NCBI GenBank assembly: GCA_963753595.1
Contig: CAVWCX010000028.1
Coordinates: 17,670 to 81,669, forward strand
Reading direction: 5' to 3'
Length of the DNA stretch: 64,000 bases
Source of the DNA: Candidatus Methanoperedenaceae archaeon
GTDB taxonomy: Archaea > Halobacteriota > Methanosarcinia > Methanosarcinales > Methanoperedenaceae
A model generated the notes under the pieces. It was not told the DNA's origin, did not search any database, and was given only the letters and a program-made list of their open reading frames with translations. Position 1 is the stretch's first letter. Each line of letters starts with the position of its first letter. This document shows, in pieces, positions 9,701 to 20,314 of this stretch. Made by a program: the position numbers and the translations under genes.

Positions 9701-11584
9701 GTGTGCGGAATATGCGGTTTTTATGATTTTGAAGGAGCCTATCCTGAAGAAAAAATAATTAAAAAAATGTGTTCAGTGATCGAGCACAGGGGGCCGGATG
9801 ATGAAGGTTTATTCCTGGAAAATGGAATTGGATTGGGAATGCGCAGGCTTAGCATTATTGACGTTGATGGAGGACATCAGCCTGTTCATAATGAGGATAG
9901 TACCATATGGATAGTCTTCAATGGGGAATTATACAATTATAGAGAACTTCGTTCCTCGCTTGAAAAAAAGCACAGGTTTTACACATCCAGCGATACTGAG
10001 GTTATAATCCATCTTTATGAAGAATATGGAGAAGGATTTGTTTCTAAACTGAATGGCATGTTCGGTCTTGCAATATGGGATTCAAAAAATAATAAACTCC
10101 TGTTGGCAAGAGACCGTATAGGTATAAAACCACTACATTATATTAATACCAATAATAAATTGATCTTTGGCTCTGAAATAAAATCAATACTCCAGCATCC
10201 CGATGTAAAACGCGAGGTCAACCTTAAAGCATTTCATTATTTTCTTTCATTTGAATATATTCCTGCTCCGGAGAGCATATTTAAGGGAATTACAAAGCTT
10301 TTGCCTGGCCATATATTAGTATGTAAAGAGGGAAGGACTTTAATTAGAAAATATTGGGATATTGAATTTTCAAACAATGGTTTTTCAGAGGATATTATTT
10401 GTGACAAAATTGTCAATGTACTAAAAAAATCAGTGGATCTGGAAATGGTAAGTGATGTTCCTCTAGGGGCCTTTTTGAGCGGGGGGATTGATTCAAGTGC
10501 AATTGTAGCTATGATGAGCCAGCTCAGTAAAGAGCCAGTTAAAACTTTTTCTATTGGTTTTGAGGATCAATCATACAATGAACTGAAATATGCCAGGATC
10601 GTAGCTGATCGCTTTAGTACAGATCACTATGAAGAGATCATTAAACCAGATGCAGTTAAACTTGCCAGTAACATAATCAGATATTTTGACGAACCCTTCG
10701 CAGACGTTTCAGCATTTTCAACATATCTTGTTTCAGAGATGGCAAGGAAGCATGTAAAGGTCGCACTTTCTGGAGATGGGGGTGATGAATTGTTCGCCGG
10801 CTATGACTGGTATATTGCCAGTCGTTTTAATAAATATTATAAAAAAATCCCATCGATCTTGAGAAATAATGTTATCCCGCCAGCGGTACAGAAGCTTCCT
10901 CATTCTTCCCAAAAAAAAGGTCTCACTAATATCCTTAAGCGATTTGTTGAGGGTTCTTCCCTACCTGAGGAAGGAAGGCATGTCAGATGGCAGTTTTTTT
11001 TGCCGGACCAGGAAAAATTATATTCAACCAAGTTAAAAAATGAATTGAAGGATGTGAACTCCTTTGAATTAATAAACAGACTATATTTGAACAACAATAC
11101 GGAAGAATCTCTAAGTAAAGAGCAGTATGTGGACCTAAAGATGTACCTGCCTGATGATATTCTTGTAAAGGTGGATAGAATGAGCATGGCTAACTCATTG
11201 GAGGCAAGAGTTCCCCTTTTGAATCGGCTTTTTGTTGAACTTATTTCAACTATACCTCCAAATCTCAAGCTTCACGGGCTTTCCACCAAATATATTTTTA
11301 AAAAAGCCATGTTGAAACTACTTCCAAGAGATATTATTTACCGGAAAAAACAGGGATTCAGTATTCCTATGAAAAACTGGCTCCGTGAGGATCTAAGGGA
11401 TATGATGATGGAAACACTTTCAAGGGGAAGGATAGAAGAGAAAGGTTATGTAGAATATGAATATGTAAATAAGTTGATGAACCAGCATATTGAGAAAAAG
11501 AGAAATAATGCCCATCAACTGTGGTCTCTCATGGTTTTTGAGATGTGGCATGAAATGTATATGGATACTGAAGTGGGTAATTGA
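9701..11584 (+). CDS. asnB: Asparagine synthase (glutamine-hydrolysing)-family amidotransferase, probably glycan-modifying
   Basis: MCGICG Ntn N-terminus, HRGPD, RRLSIID, LSGGIDSS, SGDGGDELFAGY, KVDRMSMANSLEARVP. Confidence 0.92.
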   Translation: MCGICGFYDFEGAYPEEKIIKKMCSVIEHRGPDDEGLFLENGIGLGMRRLSIIDVDGGHQPVHNEDSTIWIVFNGELYNYRELRSSLEKKHRFYTSSDTEVIIHLYEEYGEGFVSKLNGMFGLAIWDSKNNKLLLARDRIGIKPLHYINTNNKLIFGSEIKSILQHPDVKREVNLKAFHYFLSFEYIPAPESIFKGITKLLPGHILVCKEGRTLIRKYWDIEFSNNGFSEDIICDKIVNVLKKSVDLEMVSDVPLGAFLSGGIDSSAIVAMMSQLSKEPVKTFSIGFEDQSYNELKYARIVADRFSTDHYEEIIKPDAVKLASNIIRYFDEPFADVSAFSTYLVSEMARKHVKVALSGDGGDELFAGYDWYIASRFNKYYKKIPSILRNNVIPPAVQKLPHSSQKKGLTNILKRFVEGSSLPEEGRHVRWQFFLPDQEKLYSTKLKNELKDVNSFELINRLYLNNNTEESLSKEQYVDLKMYLPDDILVKVDRMSMANSLEARVPLLNRLFVELISTIPPNLKLHGLSTKYIFKKAMLKLLPRDIIYRKKQGFSIPMKNWLREDLRDMMMETLSRGRIEEKGYVEYEYVNKLMNQHIEKKRNNAHQLWSLMVFEMWHEMYMDTEVGN

Positions 11585-11585
11585 T

Positions 11586-12374
11586 ATGAGTAATAATGTA
11601 AATGACGTTGGAACATTGGAAGCAATTAGACAGTACTGGAATGAGCACATTCATGACCTAAAAATTGCAAAGCATCCGGTTGGAACTGAAGGTTTTTTCA
11701 AAGATCTTGAACAATACAGATTCGAAAAATTGGATTACCTGCCAAAAGTTGTGGATTTTTCTAAATATAAAAATAAATCTATTTTAGAAATAGGGTGTGG
11801 TGTAGGTACTGACCTAACAAAATTTTCCGAAAAAGGTGCAAGAGTAACAGGCGTAGATCTTGCAGAAAAATCCATAGAATTGGCCAAAAAGAACTTTGCA
11901 TACAACCACCTGGATGCGGACCTACGTGTAATGAATGGAGAAAAACTTGAATTTGATGAGGACAGTTTCGATGTTATCTATGCTCATGGAGTTATTCAAT
12001 ACACTGCTAACGATGAAAAAATGATAGATGAGATATTCCGTGTTTTAAAACCTGGTGGGGAAGCTATAATTATGGTTTATAACAAGTATTCGTGGTTGAA
12101 TTTTATGTCAAAACTTTTTAAAACTGAACTAGAGCACGAAGATGCACCTGTCCTTAATAAATATTCTATTTGGCACATGAAAAAAATGCTTCACATGTTT
12201 TCAAACGTCAAGATAATTCCAGAACGCTTTCCAGTAAAAACTCGTTTACATCAGGGATTGAAAGCTATGGTTTTTAATGGCGTATTTGTTCCATTGTTTA
12301 ATATTATTCCCAGACCAATAGTAAGACCATTTGGCTGGCACATAATGATATTTGCATATAAAGGAAAAGTATGA
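11586..12374 (+). CDS. Class I SAM-dependent methyltransferase
   Basis: ILEIGCGVG, GVDL, RVLKPGG. Start moved to ATG 11586, just after the asnB stop. Confidence 0.9.
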   Translation: MSNNVNDVGTLEAIRQYWNEHIHDLKIAKHPVGTEGFFKDLEQYRFEKLDYLPKVVDFSKYKNKSILEIGCGVGTDLTKFSEKGARVTGVDLAEKSIELAKKNFAYNHLDADLRVMNGEKLEFDEDSFDVIYAHGVIQYTANDEKMIDEIFRVLKPGGEAIIMVYNKYSWLNFMSKLFKTELEHEDAPVLNKYSIWHMKKMLHMFSNVKIIPERFPVKTRLHQGLKAMVFNGVFVPLFNIIPRPIVRPFGWHIMIFAYKGKV

Positions 12375-14032
12375 AGAGAGACACAACTCAGTTAACTAAA
12401 AAGGTTTATGACCTTGTAATTATAGGTGGAGGCATCTACGGTGCAGCTGCTGCATGGGATGCTTCATCAAGAGGTTTATCAGTAGCATTGTTAGAAAAAG
12501 AGGATTTCGGATCAAAAAATTCATCAAACAGTCAAAAAACAATTCATGGCGGACTGAGATATATACAGCACGGTGATATCAAGCGAATGAGAGAGTCAAT
12601 ATGTGAAAGGACATCTCTTATGCGGATAGCACCTCATCTTGTCCATCCAATGCCCTGTCTTATACCCACTTATGGGCGACTTATGCAGAGTGTAATGCCT
12701 ATTGCTTTGAAAATCTATGACCTTGTAAGTTTTGATCGGAATAAGTTAAAAGACCCTCAAAAACACATTCCTCCTGGGAGGGCTATATCGAGGGAGGAAT
12801 GTATAAAAATGATCCCAGGCATCAAAGAAGACGGTCTGTCAGGTGGGGTGATCTGGTATGACAGTCAAGTATACAATACAGAGCGCATGGTCATGTCCTT
12901 TGTTAAATCTGCAGTAATGGCTGGAGCTGATGTAGCGAATTATGTTAAAGTAATCGGGTTTTTAAAGGAAGGGGACAGGGTAAATGGTATTAAAGCAAAA
13001 GATATGCTGAACGATTGTGAGATTGAGATAAAGGCGAAAATGGTATTAAATTCTAGCGGGCCGTGGGTGGACAGTATATTGGATTTAATAAATGGATCGC
13101 ATAGTCATTTGACCCTTTTAACCAGAATGATGGTCATTGTGGCAAATCGTCGTTTTGCTCATGAATATGCTTTTGGTTTTCCATCAAGGAAAAAATCCGA
13201 AGATAAGGATGCTGTTGTTAACAAAGGTTACCGTCTTCTTTTTATCTCCCCGTGGAGAGACTATTCTTTAATAGGAACAGCTCAAGAACTGTATGAAGGT
13301 GATCCGGATAAAAATCATATTACCGAAAATGATATCCAGAGCTTCATCCAAGAAGTGAATGAAGCTTATCCATATGCTGCACTTTTACGAAAAGACGTCT
13401 CTTTTTTTTATAGAGGGCTTCTTCCTATTGACGGGGTCAATCCAAATGGAGATGTCAATCTGGTCAAGCGTTTTAGAATATATGATCATGAGAAAGAAGG
13501 TATTAAAGGATTGATTTCTATAATTGGTGTTAAATACACAGAAGGCAGGTTCGTAGCACAGATGGCAATTGATATGGTTTATAAGAAGCTTGGAATAAAT
13601 TCACCTAAATGCAAAACTATGGAAACACCGGTCAAGGGTGGACAAATCGGAAAATTCAATGATTTTCTGAAAAATGCTATTGAAAATAGACCGAAAAAAT
13701 TAAGCGAAGAGACAATGAAACAACTAGTCTATAACTATGGATCTGAATATCTGGAAATAGTAAAATATATAAATGAAGATTCAACTAATGCAAAAAGAGT
13801 ATCAAATACATCATATGTTATTAAAGCTGAAATATTCTTCAATATCAGGGAAGAAATGGCTTACAAGCTGGCTGATATAGTTATGAGGCGCACTGAACTG
13901 GGAACTGCAGAATATCCTGGAAAAGAAGCACTGAAAACCTGCGCTGATATCATGGCGCAAGAGTTGGGGTGGGACGGATCAAGAGTTCAAAGGGAGATAG
14001 AAGAAGTCAAGATGATATATAATTTAGAGTAA
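12371..14032 (+). CDS. FAD-dependent glycerol-3-phosphate dehydrogenase/oxidase-like protein
   Basis: IIGGGIYGA FAD motif, IHGGLRY, IAPHLV, C-terminal REEMAYKLADIVMRRT. Confidence 0.85.
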   Translation: MKRDTTQLTKKVYDLVIIGGGIYGAAAAWDASSRGLSVALLEKEDFGSKNSSNSQKTIHGGLRYIQHGDIKRMRESICERTSLMRIAPHLVHPMPCLIPTYGRLMQSVMPIALKIYDLVSFDRNKLKDPQKHIPPGRAISREECIKMIPGIKEDGLSGGVIWYDSQVYNTERMVMSFVKSAVMAGADVANYVKVIGFLKEGDRVNGIKAKDMLNDCEIEIKAKMVLNSSGPWVDSILDLINGSHSHLTLLTRMMVIVANRRFAHEYAFGFPSRKKSEDKDAVVNKGYRLLFISPWRDYSLIGTAQELYEGDPDKNHITENDIQSFIQEVNEAYPYAALLRKDVSFFYRGLLPIDGVNPNGDVNLVKRFRIYDHEKEGIKGLISIIGVKYTEGRFVAQMAIDMVYKKLGINSPKCKTMETPVKGGQIGKFNDFLKNAIENRPKKLSEETMKQLVYNYGSEYLEIVKYINEDSTNAKRVSNTSYVIKAEIFFNIREEMAYKLADIVMRRTELGTAEYPGKEALKTCADIMAQELGWDGSRVQREIEEVKMIYNLE

Positions 14033-14059
14033 TAAATATTCAAACAAGGTGATAATTAA

Positions 14060-15043
14060 ATGAAAGTTTTTGTAACAGGTGGTACTGGATTTACAGGTGG
14101 TTATCTTGTAAAAAGGTTGGTAAAAGAAGGACATGAAGTAAGTGTACTTGCCAGAAAAACAAGTAATAAAGAACCACTTGAAAAACTTGGAGTAGAGATA
14201 ACAACAGGAGATATAACAGACAGGGACCGTGTCAGGAAAGCGGTCAATGGCTGTGACAAGGTTTATCATATTGCTGCAATGTATCGTGAAGGAGGCGGTA
14301 TTGGAGAAAAGCGTTTTTGGGATGTGAATGTAGTTGGTACAGAGAATATGCTGGAGGCTGCAAAAAACGCAAATGTGGAACGTTTCATACATTGCAGCAC
14401 AGTTGGAGTACAGGGGGATATATCAAATCCACCTGCGAATGAAAGCTATCCTTACAACCCGGGAGACGTATATCAAAGAACAAAGGTCGAAGGAGAAAAA
14501 CGAGCTTTAGATTACTTCTCAAAGGGATTGCCAGGTGTAGTAGTGCGCCCGGTGGGTATTTATGGGCCTGGAGATTTCAGGTTCCTTAAATTGTTCAAGT
14601 CAATCTATACTGGAAGGTTTGTAATGATCGGGGATGGAAAAGTGTTATACCATCTGACTTATGTGGATGATCTCGTGGATGGTATTGTACTATGCGGCAA
14701 TAAAAAAGAGGCGCTTGGACAAATATACACCATTGGCGGTGAAAAATATCTCGCATTTAACGAACTTGTTGAAATAATAGCCAGGGCGCTTGAAGTAAAG
14801 AAGCCTCGTCTTCACTTTCCATTTTTCTGGCCTGTCTGGGCTGCTGCTCTACTATGCGAAGTAGTTTGTTATCCATTTGGTATTAATCCTCCAATATTCA
14901 GGCGCCGGGTGGATATATTCAGGAAAGATAGAGCTTTTGATATTTCAAAAGCAAGGAAAGAATTAGGTTATGAACCAAAAGTTGGGCTTGAAGAAGGTAT
15001 TAAAAAGACAGCTGATTGGTATAAAAAAGAAGGTTATTTATAA
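14060..15043 (+). CDS. NAD-dependent epimerase/dehydratase (extended SDR)
   Basis: TGGTGFTG and YQRTK catalytic motif. Confidence 0.9.
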   Translation: MKVFVTGGTGFTGGYLVKRLVKEGHEVSVLARKTSNKEPLEKLGVEITTGDITDRDRVRKAVNGCDKVYHIAAMYREGGGIGEKRFWDVNVVGTENMLEAAKNANVERFIHCSTVGVQGDISNPPANESYPYNPGDVYQRTKVEGEKRALDYFSKGLPGVVVRPVGIYGPGDFRFLKLFKSIYTGRFVMIGDGKVLYHLTYVDDLVDGIVLCGNKKEALGQIYTIGGEKYLAFNELVEIIARALEVKKPRLHFPFFWPVWAAALLCEVVCYPFGINPPIFRRRVDIFRKDRAFDISKARKELGYEPKVGLEEGIKKTADWYKKEGYL

Positions 15044-15073
15044 ATATTATACAATTATATATTTTAATCTTTT

Positions 15074-15826
15074 ATGAGCCCTACAATGAATAGAGAAGAA
15101 TTATCGTTAGTGCAGCAAGAATTATTTATCAAACGAAAATCTTCTTTTAGAATGTATCAGGAAATGATGGTTGGGAACCACAAATTTGTTGATCTATTAA
15201 AATATGAATTTATCATGTCCATGTTTTCAACTTTGCCTGGAGCATTGGGATTATACTTGAGAAAAAATCTTTACATATCTTTATTTAAAAAAGTGGGACG
15301 AAATGTTTTTTTTGGAAGAAATATTACATTAAGGCAGCCTTGCAAGATAAAAATTGGTAAGAATACAATAATAGATGATTTTTGCCAATTAATAGTTGAT
15401 GGAGAAAATAGTATTGGTATTGATTTGGGAGATAATATTATAATAAACCAGAATGCAAGATTGAAAGGAAATGGTTTTCTTGAGGTAGGAGATAATACTA
15501 AAATAAATTACAATTCCTTAATTAATTTTGGAGATAAAGTAAGTATTGGCAAAAATGTTCTTATAGGTGCGTATTCCATTATTGTTGGCTCTGCGACTCA
15601 TAAATTTGACAGGATGGATATTCCAATTGTTGCTCAAGGCAAGGAGTCAAAAGGGGGTATCATAATAGAAGATAATGTCTGGATTGGTGCAGGGGTGATT
15701 ATATTAAATGGGGTGAAAATTGGAAGAGATAGTATAATCGGAGCCGGGTCTGTGGTGACAAAAAGTATTCCAGAGTTTTCAATTGCATTTGGAGCTCCAG
15801 CAAAGGTATTCAAAAAAAGAGAATGA
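15074..15826 (+). CDS. Hexapeptide-repeat (LbH) acyltransferase
   Basis: Left-handed beta-helix repeats; IEDNVWIGAGVIILNGVKIG...GAGSVVTK...GAPAK. Confidence 0.9.
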   Translation: MSPTMNREELSLVQQELFIKRKSSFRMYQEMMVGNHKFVDLLKYEFIMSMFSTLPGALGLYLRKNLYISLFKKVGRNVFFGRNITLRQPCKIKIGKNTIIDDFCQLIVDGENSIGIDLGDNIIINQNARLKGNGFLEVGDNTKINYNSLINFGDKVSIGKNVLIGAYSIIVGSATHKFDRMDIPIVAQGKESKGGIIIEDNVWIGAGVIILNGVKIGRDSIIGAGSVVTKSIPEFSIAFGAPAKVFKKRE

Positions 15827-15827
15827 A

Positions 15828-16769
15828 ATGATATCTGCTAAAAAGATGTTATTAAACATATCTAAAATATGTTTAAGCTTGATACTAATTATATATATTT
15901 TATCAAAAATAAATTTAGAAGAAACGTTTTTAACTCTTAAAAATGTGGACCTATATTTTTTCTTGATAGCAGCTTTAATACAAATTATAAACGTTCCCAT
16001 CCGAGCTTATAATTGGAAGCAGTTATTGTATGTTCAAGGAATACATATCACTTCAAAAACTTTAATTTCAATTACCCTTGTAGGAGCATTTTTTAATAAT
16101 TTTCTTCCAACATCTATGGGAGGTGATGTTGTAAGAGCGTATGAAGTATCAAAAATAAGTAACCAAACAGTTAAATCAGCTAGTACTATCTTTCTTCTTA
16201 GATTAGTTGGTTTAATAGCTATAATTTTTTATTCTGTAATCGGTGTTATTATTGGATACGACATAATAGTAATAAAAAATATGGCCTTAATGGTTTGTCT
16301 ACTTGCATTTTTTACGTTACTTTCTTTTATAGTTATATATAATATTAAAAAATTTAAAAAATATGGAATCATTAAATTAATTAATCGGTTCGATACCAAA
16401 AACATCATAATTAAAATATATGATTCAATAAAGATTTATAAATATCATAAAAAAAAATGCATTAAAATTTTTTTTGTTTCTCTAATAGCAGAATGTATGA
16501 TTATTATATATTTTTATTTTATTGCATTATCTTTACATCAAAATATCGATCTAGTATATTTTTTTATTTTCATCCCTATAATTTCTATAGTTGAAATGCT
16601 ACCAATATCTATAAATGGAATTGGTGTTCGAGAAGGTGCATTTTTATATTTTTTTACAAAAGCAGGTATGTTGGGCTATATAGCAGTTTCAATGTCGCTG
16701 GTTTATTACATGCATAAAGTAGGAATTAGTCTAATTGGTGGTATGATATATGCATTAAGGAGAAACTAA
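15828..16769 (+). CDS. UPF0104/LPG-synthase TM-domain membrane protein (putative flippase)
   Basis: FFNNFLPTSMGGDVVR and LPISINGIGVRE motifs; multiple TM helices. Confidence 0.85.
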   Translation: MISAKKMLLNISKICLSLILIIYILSKINLEETFLTLKNVDLYFFLIAALIQIINVPIRAYNWKQLLYVQGIHITSKTLISITLVGAFFNNFLPTSMGGDVVRAYEVSKISNQTVKSASTIFLLRLVGLIAIIFYSVIGVIIGYDIIVIKNMALMVCLLAFFTLLSFIVIYNIKKFKKYGIIKLINRFDTKNIIIKIYDSIKIYKYHKKKCIKIFFVSLIAECMIIIYFYFIALSLHQNIDLVYFFIFIPIISIVEMLPISINGIGVREGAFLYFFTKAGMLGYIAVSMSLVYYMHKVGISLIGGMIYALRRN

Positions 16770-16770
16770 A

Positions 16771-18111
16771 ATGCAGGTTGATAAACTAAAATATATTGTA
16801 GATAATGATTTATGTACCAGATGTGGAACGTGCGCAGGAGTTTGTCCCGTTAACGCCATAACATTAGATGGAACCAATTATCCTATAGTCAATTCTTTAT
16901 GTATAGGGTGTGGAAAATGTCTAAAAGTCTGTCCAGGAATCGATGTTGATTTTCCAGGACTGACCAGGCAATTATTTGAGAAAAAATTTAATATAAATGA
17001 TATTCTTGGATTTTTTACACATTTCTATGCAGGCTATGCATTAGATTTAAATGTGAGAGCTAATGCAAGTAGTGGCGGAGTTATTACGCAATTATTAATT
17101 TATTTATTAGATAAAAAAATTATTGATGGTGCAATTGTTACAATGATGAATCCTAAAGCACCATGTGAATCCATGGCTGTCATTGCAAAAACAAAGGATG
17201 AATTAATTCAGTCTATGCAGTCAAGATATACTATAGTACCTGTAAACCGACAATTGAGTAATATAAAGCAAATGAAGGGAAAATTTGCATTAGTAGGTTT
17301 GCCATGTCATATACATGGATTTTGGAAGTTAGCCAATATTGATCCGAATATTAAAGAAAAAATTTTTCTGACATTAGGATTATTTTGCCATATTAACTTA
17401 GAACTTCAGGGGACATTGGAACTTCAAAGAAATTCAGGGATCTCTAATAATAATATACAAAACTTTGAATATAGGAGTGGAGTTTGGCCCGGAGTGTTTA
17501 GGATTACACAAAAAGATGGAACTAAACAAAATTTACATGCCTCTAATTATAAAGATGGTGCATACAACTATTTAAGTCGATTGTATTATTCAAAACGATG
17601 TTTATATTGCATTGATGGTTCCAGCGAGATGGCAGATATTTCTTTTGCAGATCCATGGATCCAGGATGCCAAAGGTGAATGGATCTATAAAGGAGGGTGG
17701 ACTCTGGTGTTTCAAAGAACGGAAAAAGGTGGGCATATCCTATTTGACGCAAATAAAGATAAAGCGATTTTTATCGAGGAACTTTATGACTATACTATGT
17801 TAAAATTATTTTATAAAAATATAGGTAATAAAAGAAAAATGGCATTAGTAAGGTTGTCCAGGTTAAAAAGCAGGAATAAACCTGTACCAGAATATCGCTT
17901 GGGTAAACCCATGATTACTATAAAAGATAGACGAAAAGAATTTATGTACTCGATGACTTTATTAATTAGCAGGTATACAATATTGAAGCATATACTTATG
18001 AAAATACTTTTCTCAAGAATTGGTATTTTATTAACTGAAGTAAGAATTGCTATAAAATATAATACACATAATAAGAATAATGACCATAATAAATTTAAAG
18101 AGGAGATTTAA
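16771..18111 (+). CDS. Coenzyme F420 hydrogenase/dehydrogenase beta-subunit (FrhB)-like protein with 2x[4Fe-4S] domain
   Basis: CTRCGTCAGVCP, CIGCGKCLKVCP, SSGGVIT, VGLPCH, GLFC, RCLYCID, ADISFAD. Confidence 0.88.
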   Translation: MQVDKLKYIVDNDLCTRCGTCAGVCPVNAITLDGTNYPIVNSLCIGCGKCLKVCPGIDVDFPGLTRQLFEKKFNINDILGFFTHFYAGYALDLNVRANASSGGVITQLLIYLLDKKIIDGAIVTMMNPKAPCESMAVIAKTKDELIQSMQSRYTIVPVNRQLSNIKQMKGKFALVGLPCHIHGFWKLANIDPNIKEKIFLTLGLFCHINLELQGTLELQRNSGISNNNIQNFEYRSGVWPGVFRITQKDGTKQNLHASNYKDGAYNYLSRLYYSKRCLYCIDGSSEMADISFADPWIQDAKGEWIYKGGWTLVFQRTEKGGHILFDANKDKAIFIEELYDYTMLKLFYKNIGNKRKMALVRLSRLKSRNKPVPEYRLGKPMITIKDRRKEFMYSMTLLISRYTILKHILMKILFSRIGILLTEVRIAIKYNTHNKNNDHNKFKEEI

Positions 18112-19293
18112 ATGAGTTCAAAGAAGAGTATCACTGTAATAGGAAATTTTTCAGGCAGAAACGCAGGAGATGCCGCAATATTATCTGGAATGTTATCAGA
18201 TATATCCAAATTATATCCGGACATAGTATTTGAAGTACCAACGATAAATCCTAAATATATCCGGGAAAATTATACAAATTTTAAAATAAAACCAATCGGA
18301 TTAATGCCATGGAATTTTAGCATTAAAATGCTTGGAATTCCCACCTTATTATCAATGTACCGAACAGATCTTACAATCATAACTGATGCTATTCTCTTTG
18401 ATAGAAAACTTTATAATCCGATTTTTAACTATTTATCAACGCTTGCATTATTAATCCCATTTGCAAAAAAAAAGGGAAAAAAAGTAATTCTATATAATGT
18501 AAGCTTGGGGCCCGTGGATACAGATAAAGGGAAGAAAATGTTAATATCAATTTTGAATCATTCAGATCATATTATTCTCAGAGATGTAGATTCTTTAAAT
18601 CTTTTGAAGAGCTTAGATGTAATCCATCCCCATGTTCATTTATCAGCAGATTCTGCTCTTAATAATATACCTGTATCAAAAGAAAGAGCAAGAGAAATTA
18701 TCAAAAATGAAGGCATTTCAACCGATAAAGGGTTAATTGGCTTCAATATCAATAGTTATATTGATGTATTTATAGCCGGGGACAAAAATAGTTTATCAAG
18801 AGAAAAATTTACTGACATAATTGCGCAAGTTTATGATCGCTTATATTTTGAATTGGGAGTTGAAATAGTATTTGTTATTACACAACACATGGATTTAAAA
18901 ATAGCAAAAGAAGCAATAGCAAAAATAAAAAGCAATAAAGATGTCAAACTGATTTCTAATAAAAAATATACTCATTATGAAATAATGGGTTTCTTAGGTG
19001 AACTTGATCTTTTAATTGGAATGAGAACTCATTCATTAATTCTTAGCTCTGCTATGTGTGTTCCTGTGGTTGGGATAATTCCATATCCGAAAAGCAGAAG
19101 TTATATGAGGGAAATAGGACAGGAGGATAAAACAATAGAGTTTACAGATTTTAATGCTGATAAATTAGTATCTCTGGTAAAATCTACCTGGAATCAAAGG
19201 AAACAAATTAAAGAGCAACTTCAACCAAAGATTACAAAATTAAAGGAAACTGCAAGTGGAAGTGCAAACTTTCTTGCAAAATATTTTGAGTAG
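18112..19293 (+). CDS. Polysaccharide pyruvyl transferase family (WcaK/CsaB-like)
   Basis: NAGDAAI, SLGP, ILRD..S, ADSA, IGMRTHSLI. Confidence 0.88.
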   Translation: MSSKKSITVIGNFSGRNAGDAAILSGMLSDISKLYPDIVFEVPTINPKYIRENYTNFKIKPIGLMPWNFSIKMLGIPTLLSMYRTDLTIITDAILFDRKLYNPIFNYLSTLALLIPFAKKKGKKVILYNVSLGPVDTDKGKKMLISILNHSDHIILRDVDSLNLLKSLDVIHPHVHLSADSALNNIPVSKERAREIIKNEGISTDKGLIGFNINSYIDVFIAGDKNSLSREKFTDIIAQVYDRLYFELGVEIVFVITQHMDLKIAKEAIAKIKSNKDVKLISNKKYTHYEIMGFLGELDLLIGMRTHSLILSSAMCVPVVGIIPYPKSRSYMREIGQEDKTIEFTDFNADKLVSLVKSTWNQRKQIKEQLQPKITKLKETASGSANFLAKYFE

Positions 19294-19357
19294 GTATAAA
19301 TATAATTGGAAGAATGAGTCAATATAAGCGCCTTAATTTGCCGAAAAAGGTGATTTA

Positions 19358-20308
19358 ATGAAATACAAAATGAAAATAATATTATTATTAATTTTATTTG
19401 TATCAGGTACATTTATTTTTACTGAAATGTATAATTTTAATAAAATAATTGGTTTTTATCTTTCCAATTCCAACGTGAAGTTCTATTATGATAATTATGG
19501 CGAAAAAATTTCTTTTCAAAGCGATGGATTAACTATTGTTGGAACTCTTTATGGGGAAAGAAGTGATGAAGATAAAACCATTCGTCCTGGAGTCGTTCTG
19601 GTTCATGGCGAAACACCAATGGGAAGAAAGCTACCTGTTTATAGAATACTTTCCAAAGAGTTAGTTGAAAGAGGTTACGTAGTTTTAACATTTGATAGGA
19701 GGGGTATAGGAGAGTCTGATAATCCTGAACAGGTCAACATGGTTGAATCATGGGATGAAAGTAATGATGTTATCCAGGCTGTTTCTTATCTATATAATTT
19801 AAAAAATATTGATAAATCAAAAATTTATGTAATAGGTCATTCGGGGGGATCAGTTCCTGTTATGCAGGCATCTCTTGATGACAATAGAATTAAAAAAAGT
19901 GTAATTATTGGTCCGCCAAGAAGGATAGAAGAACGTATACTCAATGAAAACGCAAATACAAACGATTTAGAGACTCTTTGGAAAAGAAGATCAGAAGATA
20001 GGGAATTAAAAGAACCTATAAATTTAGTAACATTTCTTTCAATTGTTTCAGAATTAAAAAAGTTATATGATGAGTATAAAATTCGTGATCATATACCTAT
20101 ATTTTTAATTGATGGAGAGGTAGAAAGTTATGAAGATAAATTATATTTAAGTAATTATTTTATTGAACTGAAAGAACCAAAAAAATATTACACAATCAAC
20201 AATTCAGATCATTACTTAAATACCACCAGTATAGGAAATTTTATGATGTACAATGGCAAAGTAAATAATGATACCATAAACTCTTTAGACAATTGGTTTA
20301 ATTCTTGA
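19358..20308 (+). CDS. Secreted or anchored alpha/beta hydrolase
   Basis: VLVHG, FDRRGIGES, GHSGG nucleophile elbow, SDH near the C-terminus. Confidence 0.85.
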   Translation: MKYKMKIILLLILFVSGTFIFTEMYNFNKIIGFYLSNSNVKFYYDNYGEKISFQSDGLTIVGTLYGERSDEDKTIRPGVVLVHGETPMGRKLPVYRILSKELVERGYVVLTFDRRGIGESDNPEQVNMVESWDESNDVIQAVSYLYNLKNIDKSKIYVIGHSGGSVPVMQASLDDNRIKKSVIIGPPRRIEERILNENANTNDLETLWKRRSEDRELKEPINLVTFLSIVSELKKLYDEYKIRDHIPIFLIDGEVESYEDKLYLSNYFIELKEPKKYYTINNSDHYLNTTSIGNFMMYNGKVNNDTINSLDNWFNS

Positions 20309-20314
20309 GATAGA

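Noticed and set aside
16771-18111. FrhB-like gene as part of a methanogenic F420 hydrogenase
   Set aside because: No frhA, frhG or frhD nearby; the context is polysaccharide modification.
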